Counted from the first letter of the stretch, positions 48,131 to 61,330 are shown. The stretch: 64,000 nucleotides of DNA from Malacoraja senta (GCA_038087875.1 CM075989.1:18106001-18170000), one strand, 5' to 3'. A program made the numbers and translations. Notes: generated by a model not told the origin, from the sequence alone.

Positions 48131-48862
48131 AATGAAACGTTACATAAAGACAAGGGGCTTGACTGAATGCTCTCAGTCAACGCTGACTGTCCTCTGCACT
48201 AGTATCACTGTTGTCATTACAGAAACCACGCTTCCGGCTACAAGTTGCAATCTCCCTCTTGCTGAGGGGCTTGCGCAAGGTTGAATCTTTCCGACAATAA
48301 GCACCAAAGAACTATAATTGAAATGGGCGTAAGACCATATTTTCCTCCCACGGAAAATCACTCTCTGCCTTTACACCAAATCAATGTGTATTGAAATGAT
48401 CTTTTTCTGAAGACTGGGCATTTTTTTACACAGTAGAAATTCGTGCCAGGATTTTACAGATTTTCCTTTTATTGACCATGGAAGTACAGTTTATATCCCT
48501 TGGATAACGGACTTAGAACATTTTAATTTCCGTCACTAGTTGTACCACCTCAGAAAATCCATACTTTTGATGTCTGTGGAGTTATTCGCGGAAAATAATT
48601 GTCTCAATGTGGCGGGTAGATATTGAGCGGTTATTTCTCAGTACAATTGCATTATTTTATCAGCAGAAAGTAGTTACAGGATCATAATTGCAGAATTACA
48701 GGTGTCATTTACTCACCGTTCCAGGAGGTAAGTGGAGATCTGCCTGGGAATAATCGCTCGATGAGGATGTTTCACTGTTGGAGCGTTGTCGAGCTTCAAC
48801 AGAACGCTGTCCTGTCAGTAGAGCTTTGCTTCAGTAGCTGAGCACTCTGTTACACATTGAAT

Positions 48863-49112
48863 AGGGACCGGGGAAGGGTGGAGGACAGGAGAGGGGGGGG
48901 GAGTGTGGGGGGTAGAGAGAGGGGTAGGGGGAGAGAGAGAGAGAGGAGGGGGGAATGAGGGGCAGAGGGGAGAGGGAAGGGAGGGAGAGGAGGGAGGGAG
49001 ATGGAGGAATGTAGGGAGGGAGGGAGGAAGGGAGAGAGGGAGAGAGAAGGAGAGAGGGAGAGAGGGAGAGGAAGGAAGAGAGGAAAAGGGAGAGAGGGTG
49101 AGGGAGAGAGAA
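48863..49112. repeat. Polypurine (GA/GGA-rich) low-complexity tract
   Basis: About 250 bp almost entirely G and A. Confidence 0.9.
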
Positions 49113-49671
49113 CATGTTTAGAACATCAAAATCAACACCAGGCTTTAATGTGTGCAAAACTATTAAGCTATAGTTAAGTATAATAGAGAATAAAGCTATT
49201 AAGATAGAATTTTAATTTATCTTTTCAATGACTTTAATTTGCCTTCTACAAGATGCCTTACGATTGCATGAATAAAGGCTATTCCCTGATGTCTCCTCCA
49301 CTGTGCCTGAGCTATAATGCTGAGTTTACAGGCTATTTTATTGTATTGAAGGCTTGGATGTCACGGTCATCTTTGATATCGTCCACAATGTCGCGCTAAC
49401 CGTCCCTGTGTCAGCGGAGGCTCAGTCTGCAATGGGCTCGGCTTTGAATCAGATGACGGCAGGATCAAGCCCAGCCCCAGTTACTGGAGCAGGCATCCCT
49501 GGCCCCGGTTGTCCAATGCAGCGATGGGTCAGTGTTGCAGAGTCCCCTCTTTTCAAAGAGGCGCACACACAAAGGCGCTCGTCTCTCTTCGCTGGATGCA
49601 AAAGATCCTGTAGCACTGTGCCACAACAAGCACATTGTCCCTGGAGTCATTCCCTGTTATTTATCTCTTGG

Positions 49672-49910
49672 AGCATCGAACAGTACAGCACAAGAACAGG
49701 CCCTTCGGCCCACTATGTCTGTGTCGAACACGATGCCAAGAACAACTCATCTACCTGCACACAATCCACATCGCTCCATTCCCTGCATACCCATGTGCCT
49801 ATCCAAAAGTCTCTTAAAACACTTTTATTGTATCTGCCTCCACTACCGCCCATGGCAGCACATTCAAGGCACATACCACCCTCTGCTTATAAAAACACCC
49901 TTCTCACCTT
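49672..49910 (-). mobile_element. Old CR1-type 3' fragment
   Basis: cagtacagcacaagaacaggcccttcggccc... tail. Confidence 0.7.
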
Positions 49911-49934
49911 CATGGGAGGTGGTCTTGGAGGGGA

Positions 49935-50232
49935 GGAGCATCTTTGTCAATGCAGCTCACCCTCTACATGACACCGTAGGAGTAACTTCAGCAACTGACT
50001 GGTTCCACCAAGATCGTTCTTCCCTGTGACTATCAAACTGTACAACTCCTCCCCCTTCTAGACTGACTCCCCCCCCCCCCCCCCACCCACCTCTCCCCAA
50101 TCTTTGCACATCCCCAATCCTTTCCACTCATCATTTTAATTTCATGTTTCATGTATCTTGTGTTTTTATGACTGCTGGCAGATCAATTTCCCCCCTGGGA
50201 TAAATAGACTTCTTTGTATCGTGTCGTGTCGT
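49935..50232 (+). mobile_element. Rex1-like LINE 3' end
   Basis: NAAHPLHDT...RSFFPVTIKLYNSS motif; tail gggataaata...(tcgtg)n. Confidence 0.65.
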
Positions 50233-50491
50233 AACATAAAGCAATGCCCTTGAGTTTTTGATTTTTTTCATCTTGGAAACAACAATTTGTTGCTGCACTC
50301 TCTCAACCTTTCTCCGAAAGTAATGCACTTTTCCCACCTCTTCCAGGAAGTCAAAGTTTATTTTATTGCTACATTGTTCAATGTCAACCTTGATGGGTTT
50401 ACACTGTGTGTTTACCAATACATTATCCAATACTGATGGGTTATTTTAGGACACCGCCCAAAGATATTTCCCAAAACTTACTTCTGTTTAT

Positions 50492-50755
50492 TCTAGAGAT
50501 ACAGCGTGGAAACAGGGTCTTTGGCCCAGCGAGTCCGTGCCAACCAGTGATCAGCCAATACACACCACGGACAATTTACAGAAGCCAATTAATCTACAAA
50601 CCTGCATACCTTTGGAATGTGGGAGGAAACTGGAGCACCTGGAGAAAATCCATGGAAAACGTACAAACTCCATACAGACAGCACCTGCAGTCAGGATCGA
50701 ATCCGGGTCTCTGGCGCTGTAAGGCAGCAACTCTACCGCTGCGCCACCGTGTCGA
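50492..50755 (-). mobile_element. HE1-type V-SINE
   Basis: Reverse complement of the consensus. Confidence 0.9.
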
Positions 50756-50759
50756 CCTA

Positions 50760-51075
50760 ACATCTTTCCAATGCTGTTATACTACCTGCCTCAACTACCT
50801 CCTCCAGCAGCTCGTTCAATATATCCACCACCGTCCAAGTAAACATTTTGCCCCTCAGATTCCTATTAAATCTTTATCCCTCGCACCTTAAACCTATGTC
50901 CCCTGGTTCATGATTCCTCTACTCTGGGGAAAAGATACTGTGCCTTCTCCCTATCTATTGCCCTCATGATTTGAGACACTTTAATAAGATCACTCCCTCA
51001 GCTTCCTGCGCTGCAAGGAATAAAGTCCAAGGCTGCCCAACATCTCCCCATGGCTCAGTCCTCGAATCCTGGAAT
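50760..51075 (-). mobile_element. CR1-type fragment
   Basis: Matches the other minus-strand CR1 copies. Confidence 0.8.
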
Positions 51076-51232
51076 TGCCAGCTATCGCGGTGCTGTGGAC
51101 ATCCTCTGCTGGGTGGGAACTGTTCACGGTGATATCTGAATGTTTGAGTTAAGTTCCCTGGTTTAACAACGCGATGAACAGGTAGGCCTATGTATATATT
51201 TTAACATATTGCTAGATGGCCTATATATTGCT

Positions 51233-51532
51233 GAGGTGGCGCAGTGACGCAGCGGTAGAGTTACACCTTATAGTGCTAGAGGCCGGGTTCAATCCTGACT
51301 ATGGGTGCCATCTATATAGAGTTTGTACGTTCTCCCCGCGACCACATTGGTTTTCTCAGGGTGCACCGGTTTCCTCCCACACTCCAGAAACGTACAGGTT
51401 TGGAGGTTAATTGGCTTCGGTAAAAATTGTACATTGTCCCTAGTGTGTAGGGATGATCATTTGTCGGCACGGACTCGCTGGACTAAAGGGCCTGTTTCTA
51501 TGCTGTATATCTAAACTAAACTAAACTAAACT
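51233..51532 (+). mobile_element. HE1-type V-SINE
   Basis: Head, V-domain and (CTAAA)n tail. Confidence 0.9.
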
Positions 51533-52780
51533 GTATCTCTTTAAACATTTCTGTCTTGCGAACAATTCAGGTGACGCACATAGCCCTGTTGTTGGCACAA
51601 GCAACTGCAGATGCTGGTTTACTCAAAAAAACGACCCAACTGCTGGTTTAACTCAGCGGGTCAGGCAGCATCTCTGGAGAACATGGATAGGCGACGTTTC
51701 GGGTTGGGAACCCTCTTTGGAACTCTGTTGTAAATGGGGGCGGCCTGCATTCAGTAGAATGGATGGCCATGAAGCCTTCCTCCAGTTACTGAGAAGATGC
51801 ATGCTTAAAGCGAAACAATATGGCATGTAACAGTTCCCCATTGATTTCCACGGGTAAACTGTTTGACAGCCCAGGCACGTGTGTGATGTCCACTGCCAAG
51901 CTGCAACATCGCTGTCAGGCAAAATGATCGCTCTCGTCCCTTAACCTTGAGCTCCACCGATAACAAACGAGTACAGTACGATATAATCCCCCTCCAACAC
52001 AAGGTAGGCACATCATTTACATGTCGATCTTGAAGGAAGACAAGGGAGCTGCTTCACTAATCTGTGTGAAATGGCAGAAATATTCTTCTTCGGTTTTGAA
52101 AACATTACAGTGACACGGGATGGAGGGTTGTCTCATTTACTCAGTAAACCTAGTGTTGACAAGTTTTGTCAAATATAGAATTCTAAGTAAATGATAATGG
52201 CTGAGCTCTGCTTTTAACTGAGGGTTGTATAGTAAGAATAGTCATGGATTTAGCAGGCTGCAATTGTACAAACAACTGGTGGTTCTCATGCGAATAAGAG
52301 GCATTATTCAAAGGCAAGGAAGATTTAAACCCGGTCATTCACGGGCACACAAAACAATGTAAGTTGTCCAATCAACGACTCAAATCAGCGACAGCTTTCG
52401 AGCTGTTTGCTGGGTACTTTGCAACAACCCTCGACGTGATGCTCCATATCTGCATATTAAAATGTGTCATGAGAAATTGGTGTTGTCGCTTCTGTTGGCA
52501 TCTCTGATCGAAACACTTTCCAAGTTTGAAAGCGCGCTGACAGATCATTCTTTCTCGCGGGCATCAGCCCCACTCTGAAGGACATTACTGTTGGGAAACT
52601 GGAATTTCACAATTTTGTTGAAATGTTCTTCCGGTGGTTAATGCATGGAAACAGAAGTGGGAGAGGAGTCTACCTACATCTGTGTCAGCCACGATTTTAA
52701 GGAGTGACAGCTATAAATCAAACAACACCCGAAGAACATATAGAAAATTACTAGACACGATGAATACAATTTCACTAATG

Positions 52781-53153
52781 TGCAGGGAGGAACTGCAGAT
52801 GCTGGTTTAAACCGAAGATAGGCACAAAAGGCTGGACTGAAGAAGGGTCTCGACCCGAAACGTCACCTATGCCTTTTCTCCAGAGATGCTGTCTGACCCG
52901 CTGAATTAAGGGCCTGTCCCACTTGGGCGTCACTTGCGCGTCATTTACGCGACATCATTTACGCGTCACGACGCACGACGCACGCATGGTGTGCATTATG
53001 CGCGCATGGCGCGTGGTGAGAGGTGGTGGCGTGGGCAGTGACGCGCGGCGCCCCAGGATTTTGGGATTCAAAAAATCTTCGCTCGCCACCAGCGTGACGC
53101 GCAAATGACGCCCAAGTGGGACAGGCCCTTTACTCCAGCTTTTTGTGTTCACC
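52781..53153. mobile_element. PLE-derived mini-element with inversion, 16-bp TSD and nested MITE
   Basis: TACAATTTCACTAATG 52765-52780 vs TACAATTCTACTAATG 53154-53169; intact hammerhead motif at 52837-52864. Confidence 0.8.
52909..53129. mobile_element. PIF/Harbinger-type MITE
   Basis: About 35-bp TIRs AGGGCCTGTCCCACTTGGGCGTCA..; TTA TSD at 52906-52908 and 53130-53132. Confidence 0.85.
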
Positions 53154-53577
53154 TACAATTCTACTAATGGTGGTTTAACGGACTGCTCATTGATTAGGCT
53201 GACTTCCTTACTATACTACTTTTAGCAATTCAAATTAGACAGCGATCTTAAAATACACATACAGCAGATTGCTCACAGACGTTGGAATGGTTATGTGAAA
53301 CACATACTTTATAATGTGGGGGAATTCACAGTCGCAGTGATCTCCATAATCCATTTGGTTGCCTGAGTACAAAACTCTGCTACATTTCTGCAGTTGAAGG
53401 CATTTTAATGGATAGTGAGGAAATATATAACACCAGTTCCAAATGATGTATGCTCCCTTGCACAGACTTGTTGTCACTCATTGTTTACAAGAACACACTT
53501 ATCCTAAAATAGAGTTCCGATTTTGGGAGATTTGGGAATAATGTGTTCATATTTTCTCATTCTCATTCTCTCCCCAA

Positions 53578-53925
53578 CGGGCCTGGATAGAGTGGCTGCA
53601 GAGAAGATGTTTCCACTAGTGGGAGAGTCTAGGACCAGAGGCCATAGCCTCAGAATAAAAGGACGTACCTTTAGAAAGATGAGGAGGAATTTCTTTAGTC
53701 AGAGGTTGGTGAATCTGTGGAATTCATTGCCACATAAGGCTGTGGAGGCCAAGTCAGTGGATGTTTTTAAGGTTGCGATTGATAGGTTCTTGATTAGTAC
53801 GGGTGTCAGGGTTTATGGGGAGAAGGCAGGAGAATGGGGTTGAGAGGGAAAGATAGATCAGCCATGATTGAATGGCGGAATAAACTTGATGGGCTGAATG
53901 GCCTAATATTGCTCCTATAACCCAT
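53578..53925 (+). mobile_element. CR1-type LINE 3' fragment
   Basis: GLDRVAAEKMFPLVGESRTRGHSLRIKG...FFSQRLVNLWNSLP. Confidence 0.9.
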
Positions 53926-54803
53926 GAACTACTCAATGCCAATACTCCTCAACTCCTCAGCCTGACCCTAAACATCACCTATCCTATGAGCTGATCTTGT
54001 GGCCAGCTCACAAGGGTGAACAACCGCTCCCTCTCGCTCTGATGCCTATCACTGGCAGACAGGCCAGGAGACACCGGTCCTCAGCATCATTGGTGGTAAC
54101 AGCTGGGTCCGTTTCACAGATCTAGGTTTGGCCACCAGAACCTTGTCAGCCTGCTCCTTGTAAAATATATCACGTGAGTTCACCCCACTGTGAGTGTCGG
54201 TGTGGACACTGCCGAACCCGGAGCCCTCACCTATGCCACAACGGTAGAAACAAGGAGCTGCAGACTGTGGTTTAGAGAAAAAGGCACAAAGAGCTGGAGT
54301 CACTCATTGGGTCAGGCAGCATCTCTGGAGAACACCACCCCTTTACGCAGAGTGTGAACGAGCTGCCAGAGGAGGTACAATAACACCATTTAAAAGACAT
54401 TTGGACAGGTACGTGAAAAGGAAAGGTTTTGAGGATATGGGCCAAACACAAACAGGTGGGACTTGTGTAGATGGGACATCTTGATGGGCGTGGGCATGTA
54501 GGATGAAGGGCCTGTTTCTGTGCTGTATGACTCTATGATTCTAAATTATTGTAATTCAGCAAGAGCTGAACTGGGAAGCAACAGGTCTTGCATAAATGGG
54601 TAATTTCCTTTCATTTATTCAGTCCATTTGTAAGTTTGGAACTGCAAAATGTTAGAACTATTGTTGTTTCTGAAACTGCTTTGAAAAGATGCTCCCCCAA
54701 ACTGGGAGGTGGGTACCATCCAAGTATGTATCATTTAAATTAGGAAGCAAAATATTAATCATATATTAGGATATCTTTAGTTTAATTTAGTTATATTCTA
54801 TCC

Positions 54804-54805
<2 letters not shown>

Positions 54806-54856
<51 letters not shown>
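54806..54856. repeat. (TA)n microsatellite
   Basis: Direct reading. Confidence 0.95.
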
Positions 54857-54859
<3 letters not shown>

Positions 54860-54957
54860 GTTATAGTTATGTTATTATTGGATAAAACATTATCTATGAT
54901 GGTTATTTTAAGACATTGCCCAAATATATTTCCCAAACTCACAAATTTACTTTAATT

Positions 54958-55417
54958 TGGTTTAGATATACAGCGCGGAAACAAGCCCTTCGGCCCACCG
55001 AGTCCGTGCCGACCCGCGATCCGCATACACTAACACTCTCCTACACACTTTGGACAATTTATAATTTTTATCGCAGCCAATTAATCTACAAACCTGTGCG
55101 TCTTTAGAATGTGGAAGGAAACCGGAGCACCCGGAGAAACCCGGACGGAGACAACCCACGCGGTCACTTGGAGAACGTACAAACTTTGTACAGACAGCAC
55201 CCGTAGTCCAGATCGAACCCGGGTCCCAAGTGTCAGGATCGAACCCCACTCTACCACTGGGCCACCGTTTTTAAAATGTCTTTAAAATATATTCGGATAG
55301 ATATAGAGATAAGAAGGATGTAGAGGGATATGGGACTAGCCCAGTATGGCAACTTGGACAGCACGGACAAGATGGGCCGAAGGGCCTTTTTCCCATGCCG
55401 TACAGCTCTATGACTCT
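54958..55417 (-). mobile_element. V-SINE (54958-55266) fused to an opposite-strand CR1 3' end (55268-55417)
   Basis: Inverted homologue of 10811-11227. Confidence 0.85.
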
Positions 55418-56304
55418 GTCAATGTTACAATTTCTGCACCAAATTGCACATCATTCAAGAAAATGGGCATATTTATTTCCACTGCTCTCACTTTATTGCA
55501 CCTGCCTTGAACTTGGTACTATGTGGCAAGCAATAAAATGGTCATTTATGGAAGCTCTGTTCAGGAGCTACTGGAGGAGTGTCTAGTTCCTCAAACACAC
55601 TCCGTTTTACACAGCCGCCCTTAAATCAGTGACTTTCTCTGAGCAGGGCTGTCAATGAAACGCCTCACACGCAAGTTCAGGGCAAGAAACTGGAAAATTG
55701 TATGAATATTTTATCAAGCACATCAAAAGCCAATAAATTACTTTCGATATGTGGTCACTGTTTTATGGGCGAGGGTGGCAGCCAATTTGTAAATCACCAG
55801 CTCCCACAAACAGAAAAGAGATACGTGACTCGTTCATCTATTAAGGGAGAGATAATTAAATGTTCGTAAGAAGTGAGAAAATAGCTGTGTTGGTCTTCGA
55901 CTGGCACTCGGGCACAACAGTGGCGGTACTTGGTATCAGAGAAGGTAACAGCACAGCTGCCTGCCATTCGGCCCTTCAAGCTCATCCTAGCCCATAATTG
56001 ATATGTGCCATCCTATTTACAAGCCTGCGATCCACCGCCTTGCAGGTTACAATGCTCATTTCGGTGCGTTCGAAGTGCGACATCATCTCCATCATCCTTT
56101 CAGACTGTCACTGCTCCTTGGGTGAAGTATAATTTTCCTCAACTCCCTTCTAATCCTTTCACCAAGTAACTTAAAGCTTTGTCTGCCAGTCGTCAAACGC
56201 CTTCCAAGGAAACACTTCACTCTGTCTGCAGCACTCACAAGTTTATATCTCAGTTTATATCAAGTAAATATCTCAGAGTTCCAAGAAAAACAACCCCCAT
56301 GCTT

Positions 56305-56567
56305 TTCCCCCAACAAACAGCTAACAATGGCCTGTTTCCTTTATCATCGCTACTTTTTTGCATATCTTTCATTCATTGTTCTTTATCTCTCCACATCATC
56401 GTCTATATCTCTGGTTTCCCTTATCCCTAACCAGTCTGAAGAAGGGTCTTGACCCGAAACGTCACCCATTCCTTCTCTCCAGAGATGCTGCCTGTCCCGC
56501 TGAGTTACTCCAGCATTTTGTGTCTATCTCCGGTTTTAAACCAGCATCTGCCGTTCCTTCCTACACA
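56305..56567 (+). mobile_element. PLE-derived repeat with intact hammerhead motif (56436-56463)
   Basis: CUGAAGAAGGGU(CUUG)ACCCGAAACGUC; ends ..CCAGCATCTGCCGTTCCTTCCTACAC. Confidence 0.85.
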
Positions 56568-57044
56568 GCGCATTAGCTAGGCAGCCTTCCCATCTTGTCG
56601 TATTCCTTATCTCACTGGAAGCCGCAGATAATTCCTGGGGGTGATGTTATCACCACATATGAGATACTGGATCATATTGGAGTTGTAGTATCTCACAATC
56701 TCTTCACAGCTGTATAATCACTGATACAAAACAGTGCAATTTGATTCCAAAGCCTGAGGAATCTACAGGCTTCAACCATGTTTGGCGTGGACATGGCAAT
56801 TTTTTTTTTAAGTGCCATGAAATTTTTCGCCACTGATCTTAACTTCAGCTCACTATCATGTTCTTGAGAAACAATCATTTTAACACAGGCAGGTCCACAA
56901 CCCTGTGGAGGTTATTTGCAGCACTTAGAAAACTATTATTCTTTGCCACCAATCATTCAGGAATCATATTGCAAGTAGACAGGCCCTCGAGCTGTGCGGG
57001 CGACAGGATTATGAAACATCTGTTGCATTGTTAACGGTCAACTA

Positions 57045-57565
57045 CGAAGTGAAGTAGGTGACGCTGCCCGGTCCATCACGGCCGCTGACCTCCCCATCAC
57101 CATGGAAGCGATCTACAGGAGTTGCTGCCTCAAACATGGCAGCCAATGTCATTAAAGACCCACACCACCCCGGCCTCACTCTCATCGCGACAAGATGGCT
57201 ACCGGCCGTAGCCTCATTAAGACCACCCATGGGCTGAAGGTACAGAAGCCTGAAAACCATGACCACCAGGATCAAGACCAGCTTCTTCCCAACAACTAGG
57301 CTCTTGGACACTGCACAACACTAACCTCAACAACTATGGTCTTCTGTGTACTGTGTCTTTGGTTACACTATGGAGGTTTCAGTTTTGCGCTGTTATGGTT
57401 ATCTAATATTTCAATTATTAACTTATTGTATTATTGATTATTATATATTTATTTGTGTCTTATTTTGTTAACGGGCCAGTTAAGCTGCAGCAGGTAAGAA
57501 TTTCATTGTTCAGTTGACGGTACATATGACAATTGAACACTCTTAAATCTCTTGACTTTGATCTT
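57045..57565 (+). mobile_element. Rex1/Babar-type LINE 3' end (old)
   Basis: IKDPHHPG...RYRSLKTMTTRIKTSFFP; 3' UTR ends aatttcattgtt...atgacaatt. Confidence 0.7.
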
Positions 57566-57884
57566 GAACTATTAAAGATTAAAATTCAAGTCAATGACTC
57601 TCGATCTAGTTGTCAGGAACAGCGCCAGGCGTGTCAGGGGTTTTCCTGGCAACTAAATCTCCATTTGCCAGCACAGTTAACAATTCCAGACGTCTTGGGA
57701 AGATTTTCTTCTGTAGATAGACATAAAAAGCTGGAGTAACTCAGCGGAACAGGCAGCATCTCAGGAGAGAAGGAATGGGTGACGTTTCGGGTCGAGACCC
57801 TTCTTTTCTGCGCCTTCGGGTTGCAGTTTGTGCGCATTCCCTAATGCTGTTCTGAATTCTACCACCTACGTAAATAGACAGCAC

Positions 57885-58152
57885 CAGCTTAGTCATAGAA
57901 CTCCTGCCGTTGAGGAAGAGATTCATGGGTTCAAATCCCTGTGACCACGTGGGTTTTCTCAGGGTGCTCTCGTTTCCTTCCACACTCCAAAGACGTGCAG
58001 GATTGTAGGCTAGTTGGCTTTGGTAAACATCGTAAATTGTCCTTCATGTGTAGGATAGTGCAAATGTACGGGGATGATCGCTGGTGAGCGCGGACTCGGT
58101 GGGCCGAAGGGACAGTTCTGTGCTGTATCTCTGAAATCTAAAGTCTAAAGAC
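57885..58152 (+). mobile_element. Degenerate V-SINE
   Basis: V-domain and tail. Confidence 0.75.
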
Positions 58153-58597
58153 CTCTAACATAACATAATTACATTTTAAATAAAAAAACTCAATAGATGT
58201 AGATTATGTTGAGACATTATAAATAATAAAATCTGCAGCATTTATGCAAGGTTGTATTTTACTTTTAGGGGGATTCATAAAATGAATCGAGCCCACTGAC
58301 TAAGCCGTGCGGGGTCTCAGTGGGTCCGCCCTGGAGAGAACAGACACTGTTATCCCCTCAGTAGGAACAGAACGGCCAGTCAGTCCCCATTATTTATGAG
58401 TTGTTATTGCCGCTTTTTGCCCACTGAATGGCAAATGTCCCCAAAGAGTTTAAACAGGTTAGTACGGGTGTCAGAGGTTATGGGGAGAAGGCAGGAGAAT
58501 GGGGTTAGGAGGGAGAGATAGATCAGCCATGATTGAATGGTGGAGTAAACTTATTCTACATATATTCCTTATGACAACCCATTTTTGCTTCAGAGTC

Positions 58598-59022
58598 ACT
58601 TACAGCGCAAGAGACTCGTGTTCGATCCTGACCACGGGTGCTGTCTGTATGGAGTTTGTACGTTCTCCCCGTGACCTGCATGGGTTTTCTCCAGGATCTC
58701 CAGTTTCCTCCCACACTCCAAAGATGTACAGGTTTGTAGGCTAAGTGTAGGAAAGAACTGCAGATGCTGGTTTAAACTGGAGAAGGGTCTTGACCTGAAA
58801 CATCACCTGTTCCTTTTCTCCAGAGATGCTGTCAGACCCGCTGAGTTACTCCAGCCTTTCATGTCTATCTTCAGGTTTGTAGGCTAATTGGCTTCGGTAA
58901 AATTGTAAATTGTTCCTAGTGTGTGTAGGGTAGTGCTAGTGTACGGGATGATCGCTGGGTCGGCCCGGACTCGGTGGGCCAAAGGGCCTGTTTCTGCGCT
59001 GTATCTCTAAACTAAACTAAAC
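58598..59022 (+). mobile_element. HE1-type V-SINE split by a PLE mini-element
   Basis: The consensus resumes after 58887. Confidence 0.85.
58745..58871. mobile_element. 127-bp PLE-derived mini-element with inversion and perfect 16-bp TSD
   Basis: CAGGTTTGTAGGCTAA at 58729-58744 and 58872-58887. Confidence 0.85.
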
Positions 59023-59132
59023 ACGTCATTTACAGGAAGAAATGGTGGTTTATGGTAGCCAAAATGTACAATGGTTTGACACAACCGCCAGTCTGCAACA
59101 TGTACATCTATGTGAAGTCCCTAACACTACCT

Positions 59133-59717
59133 AACAATTGTACAGGGCCCGAGTGAGACCACACCTGGAGTATTGTGTGCAGTTTTGGTCTCTAAATTTG
59201 AGGAAGGACATTCTTGCTATTGAGGGAGTGCAGAGTAGGTTCATTAGGTTAATTTCCGGGATGACGGGACTGTCAAATGTTGAAAGAATGGAGTAACTGG
59301 GCTTGTATATACCGGAATTTAGGATTAGAGGGGATCTTATTGAAAGATATAAAATTATTAAGGGATTGGACACGTTAGAGACAAGAAACATGTTCCTGAT
59401 TTTGGGGGAGTCCAGAGGCAGGGGCCACAGTTAAAGAATAAGGGGTATGCCATTTAGAACGGAGATGAGGAAAAAACATTTTCACCCAGAGAGTTGTGAA
59501 TCTGCGGAATTCTCTGCCTCAGAAGGCAGTGGAGGCCAATTCTCTGGATGCTTTCAAGAGAGAGTTAGATAGAGCTCTTAACGATAGCAGAGTCAAGGGA
59601 TATGGGGAGAAGGCAGGAACGGGGTACTGATTGTGGATGATCAGCCATGATCACAGTGAATGGCGGTGCCGTCTCGAAGGGCCGAATGGCCTACTACTGC
59701 ACCTATTGTCTATTGTC
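59133..59717 (+). mobile_element. CR1-type (HER1-like) LINE 3' fragment
   Basis: VRPHLEYCVQFWS...RKDILAIEGVQ...RGDLIE; 3' UTR ends (ctattgt)n. Confidence 0.9.
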
Positions 59718-60344
59718 AACCTTCATGAAGGCACTGGAAAAATCCACTGTTTCAAATTCCTCCAAAATATAGCCCATGTAATTTAATTTTACCTTACCAA
59801 CCATAAAGACGTAAATCACTACTAATGCATCTCATAAGCACTGGTCTGCTGCTGCACAAAACGACATGTTCTATGATTATTGAATAAAGTTATTAAAAAC
59901 CTATTCAGTTCACATTGGAAATCTAAAGCTGAGAACATTTCGTATTATGATTGATTCAATTCAGACTTTTCCAATATTTTGTGGACAAGCATTTCATAAT
60001 TAACTTCTGTATGTGACAGTTTTAAAATGAATGCCAAGCAAGTTCTTATCTATCAAAAAAACAAAATACCAAGAAAAACATTATTTGCTTTCCGATAATT
60101 AACGTAAACACTGAGTGCTTCAGTGCACCCCTGAAGGCAAGATAATGTTGTGGAATCACTGGGTGTTCAAAGATTGCCAGCAGTTCACCCATGAAGCCAA
60201 CTTTGAGTACGAGTGGCTGCTTGCATCAGCTACGCTCCACCATGCACTAACTTAGTGTCTATCGCATGGACAATTCACCATTGGTTATTGCATGAAGAAA
60301 TCACTATGGTTTTCAGGTTCTCTAGTCAAACCTCTCTTGTTCCA

Positions 60345-60912
60345 GTCTTGTTTTTGGTCAGCTTATCTGAGGAAGGATGTGCTGGCTCTGGAGTGGGTCC
60401 AGAGGAGGTTTACAAGAATGATCTCAGGAATGAGTAGGTTTACAAGAATGATCCAGGAATGAGAAGGTTAACATATGATGAGCGTTTGACGGCACTGGGC
60501 CTGTACTCGCTGGAGTTTAGAAGAATGAGGGGGGAACCTCATTGAAACGTACAGAATAGTGAAAGGCTTGGATAGAGGATGTTTCCACTAGTGGAGAGTC
60601 TAGGACTAGAGGTCATAGCCTCAGAATTAAAGGACTTTCTTTTTAGAAGGAGATGAGGAGGAATTTCCTTAATCAGAGATTGGTGAATCTGTGGAATTCT
60701 TTGCCACAGAAGGCTGTGGAGGCCAAATCAATGTATATTTTAAGGCAGAGAGAGATAGATAGATTCTTAATAAGCAGGGGTGTCAGAGGTTATGGAGAGA
60801 AGGCAGGAGAATGGGATTAGGAGGGAGAGATAGATCAGCCATGATTGAATGGTGGCATAGACTTGATGGGCCGAATGACCTAATTCTGCTTTTATCACTT
60901 ATGATCTTATGA
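60345..60912 (+). mobile_element. CR1-type LINE 3' fragment
   Basis: ...TYDERLTALGLYSLEFRRMRG...; includes a ~30-bp internal tandem duplication near 60405-60468. Confidence 0.85.
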
Positions 60913-60964
60913 TTTTATTGAATGTGGGCAGGATCATACCAATGACTCCACCTTTAACTATGTA

Positions 60965-61330
60965 ACCTCATGGTCATGAGAGGAATAGATCGGGTAGGCG
61001 CACAGAGTCTCTTGCACAGAGTAGAGGAATCGAGAACCAGAGGACATAAGTTTAAAGTAAGGGGGGAAAGATTTAATAGGAACCTGAAGGGTAACTTTTT
61101 CACGCAAAGGGTCGTGGGTGTGTGGAACGAGCTGCCGGAGGAGGCAGGGACTATCGCAATGTTTGAGAAACACTTAGACAGACACATGGATAGGACAGGT
61201 TTAGAGGGATATGGGCTAAATGCAGGCAAGTGGGACTAGTGTAGATGGGACATGTTGGCCGGTGTGGGCAAGGTGGGCTGAAGGGCCTGTTTCCACACTG
61301 TATCACCCTATGATTCTATGACTATGACTC
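60965..61330 (+). mobile_element. CR1-type LINE 3' fragment
   Basis: MRGIDRV...RTRGHKFKVRGERF...FFTQRVVGVWNELPE. Confidence 0.9.

Noticed and set aside
49354..49971. 205-aa plus-strand ORF
   Set aside because: It has a non-ATG start, its second half is antisense CR1 and it shows no protein similarity I can recognise.
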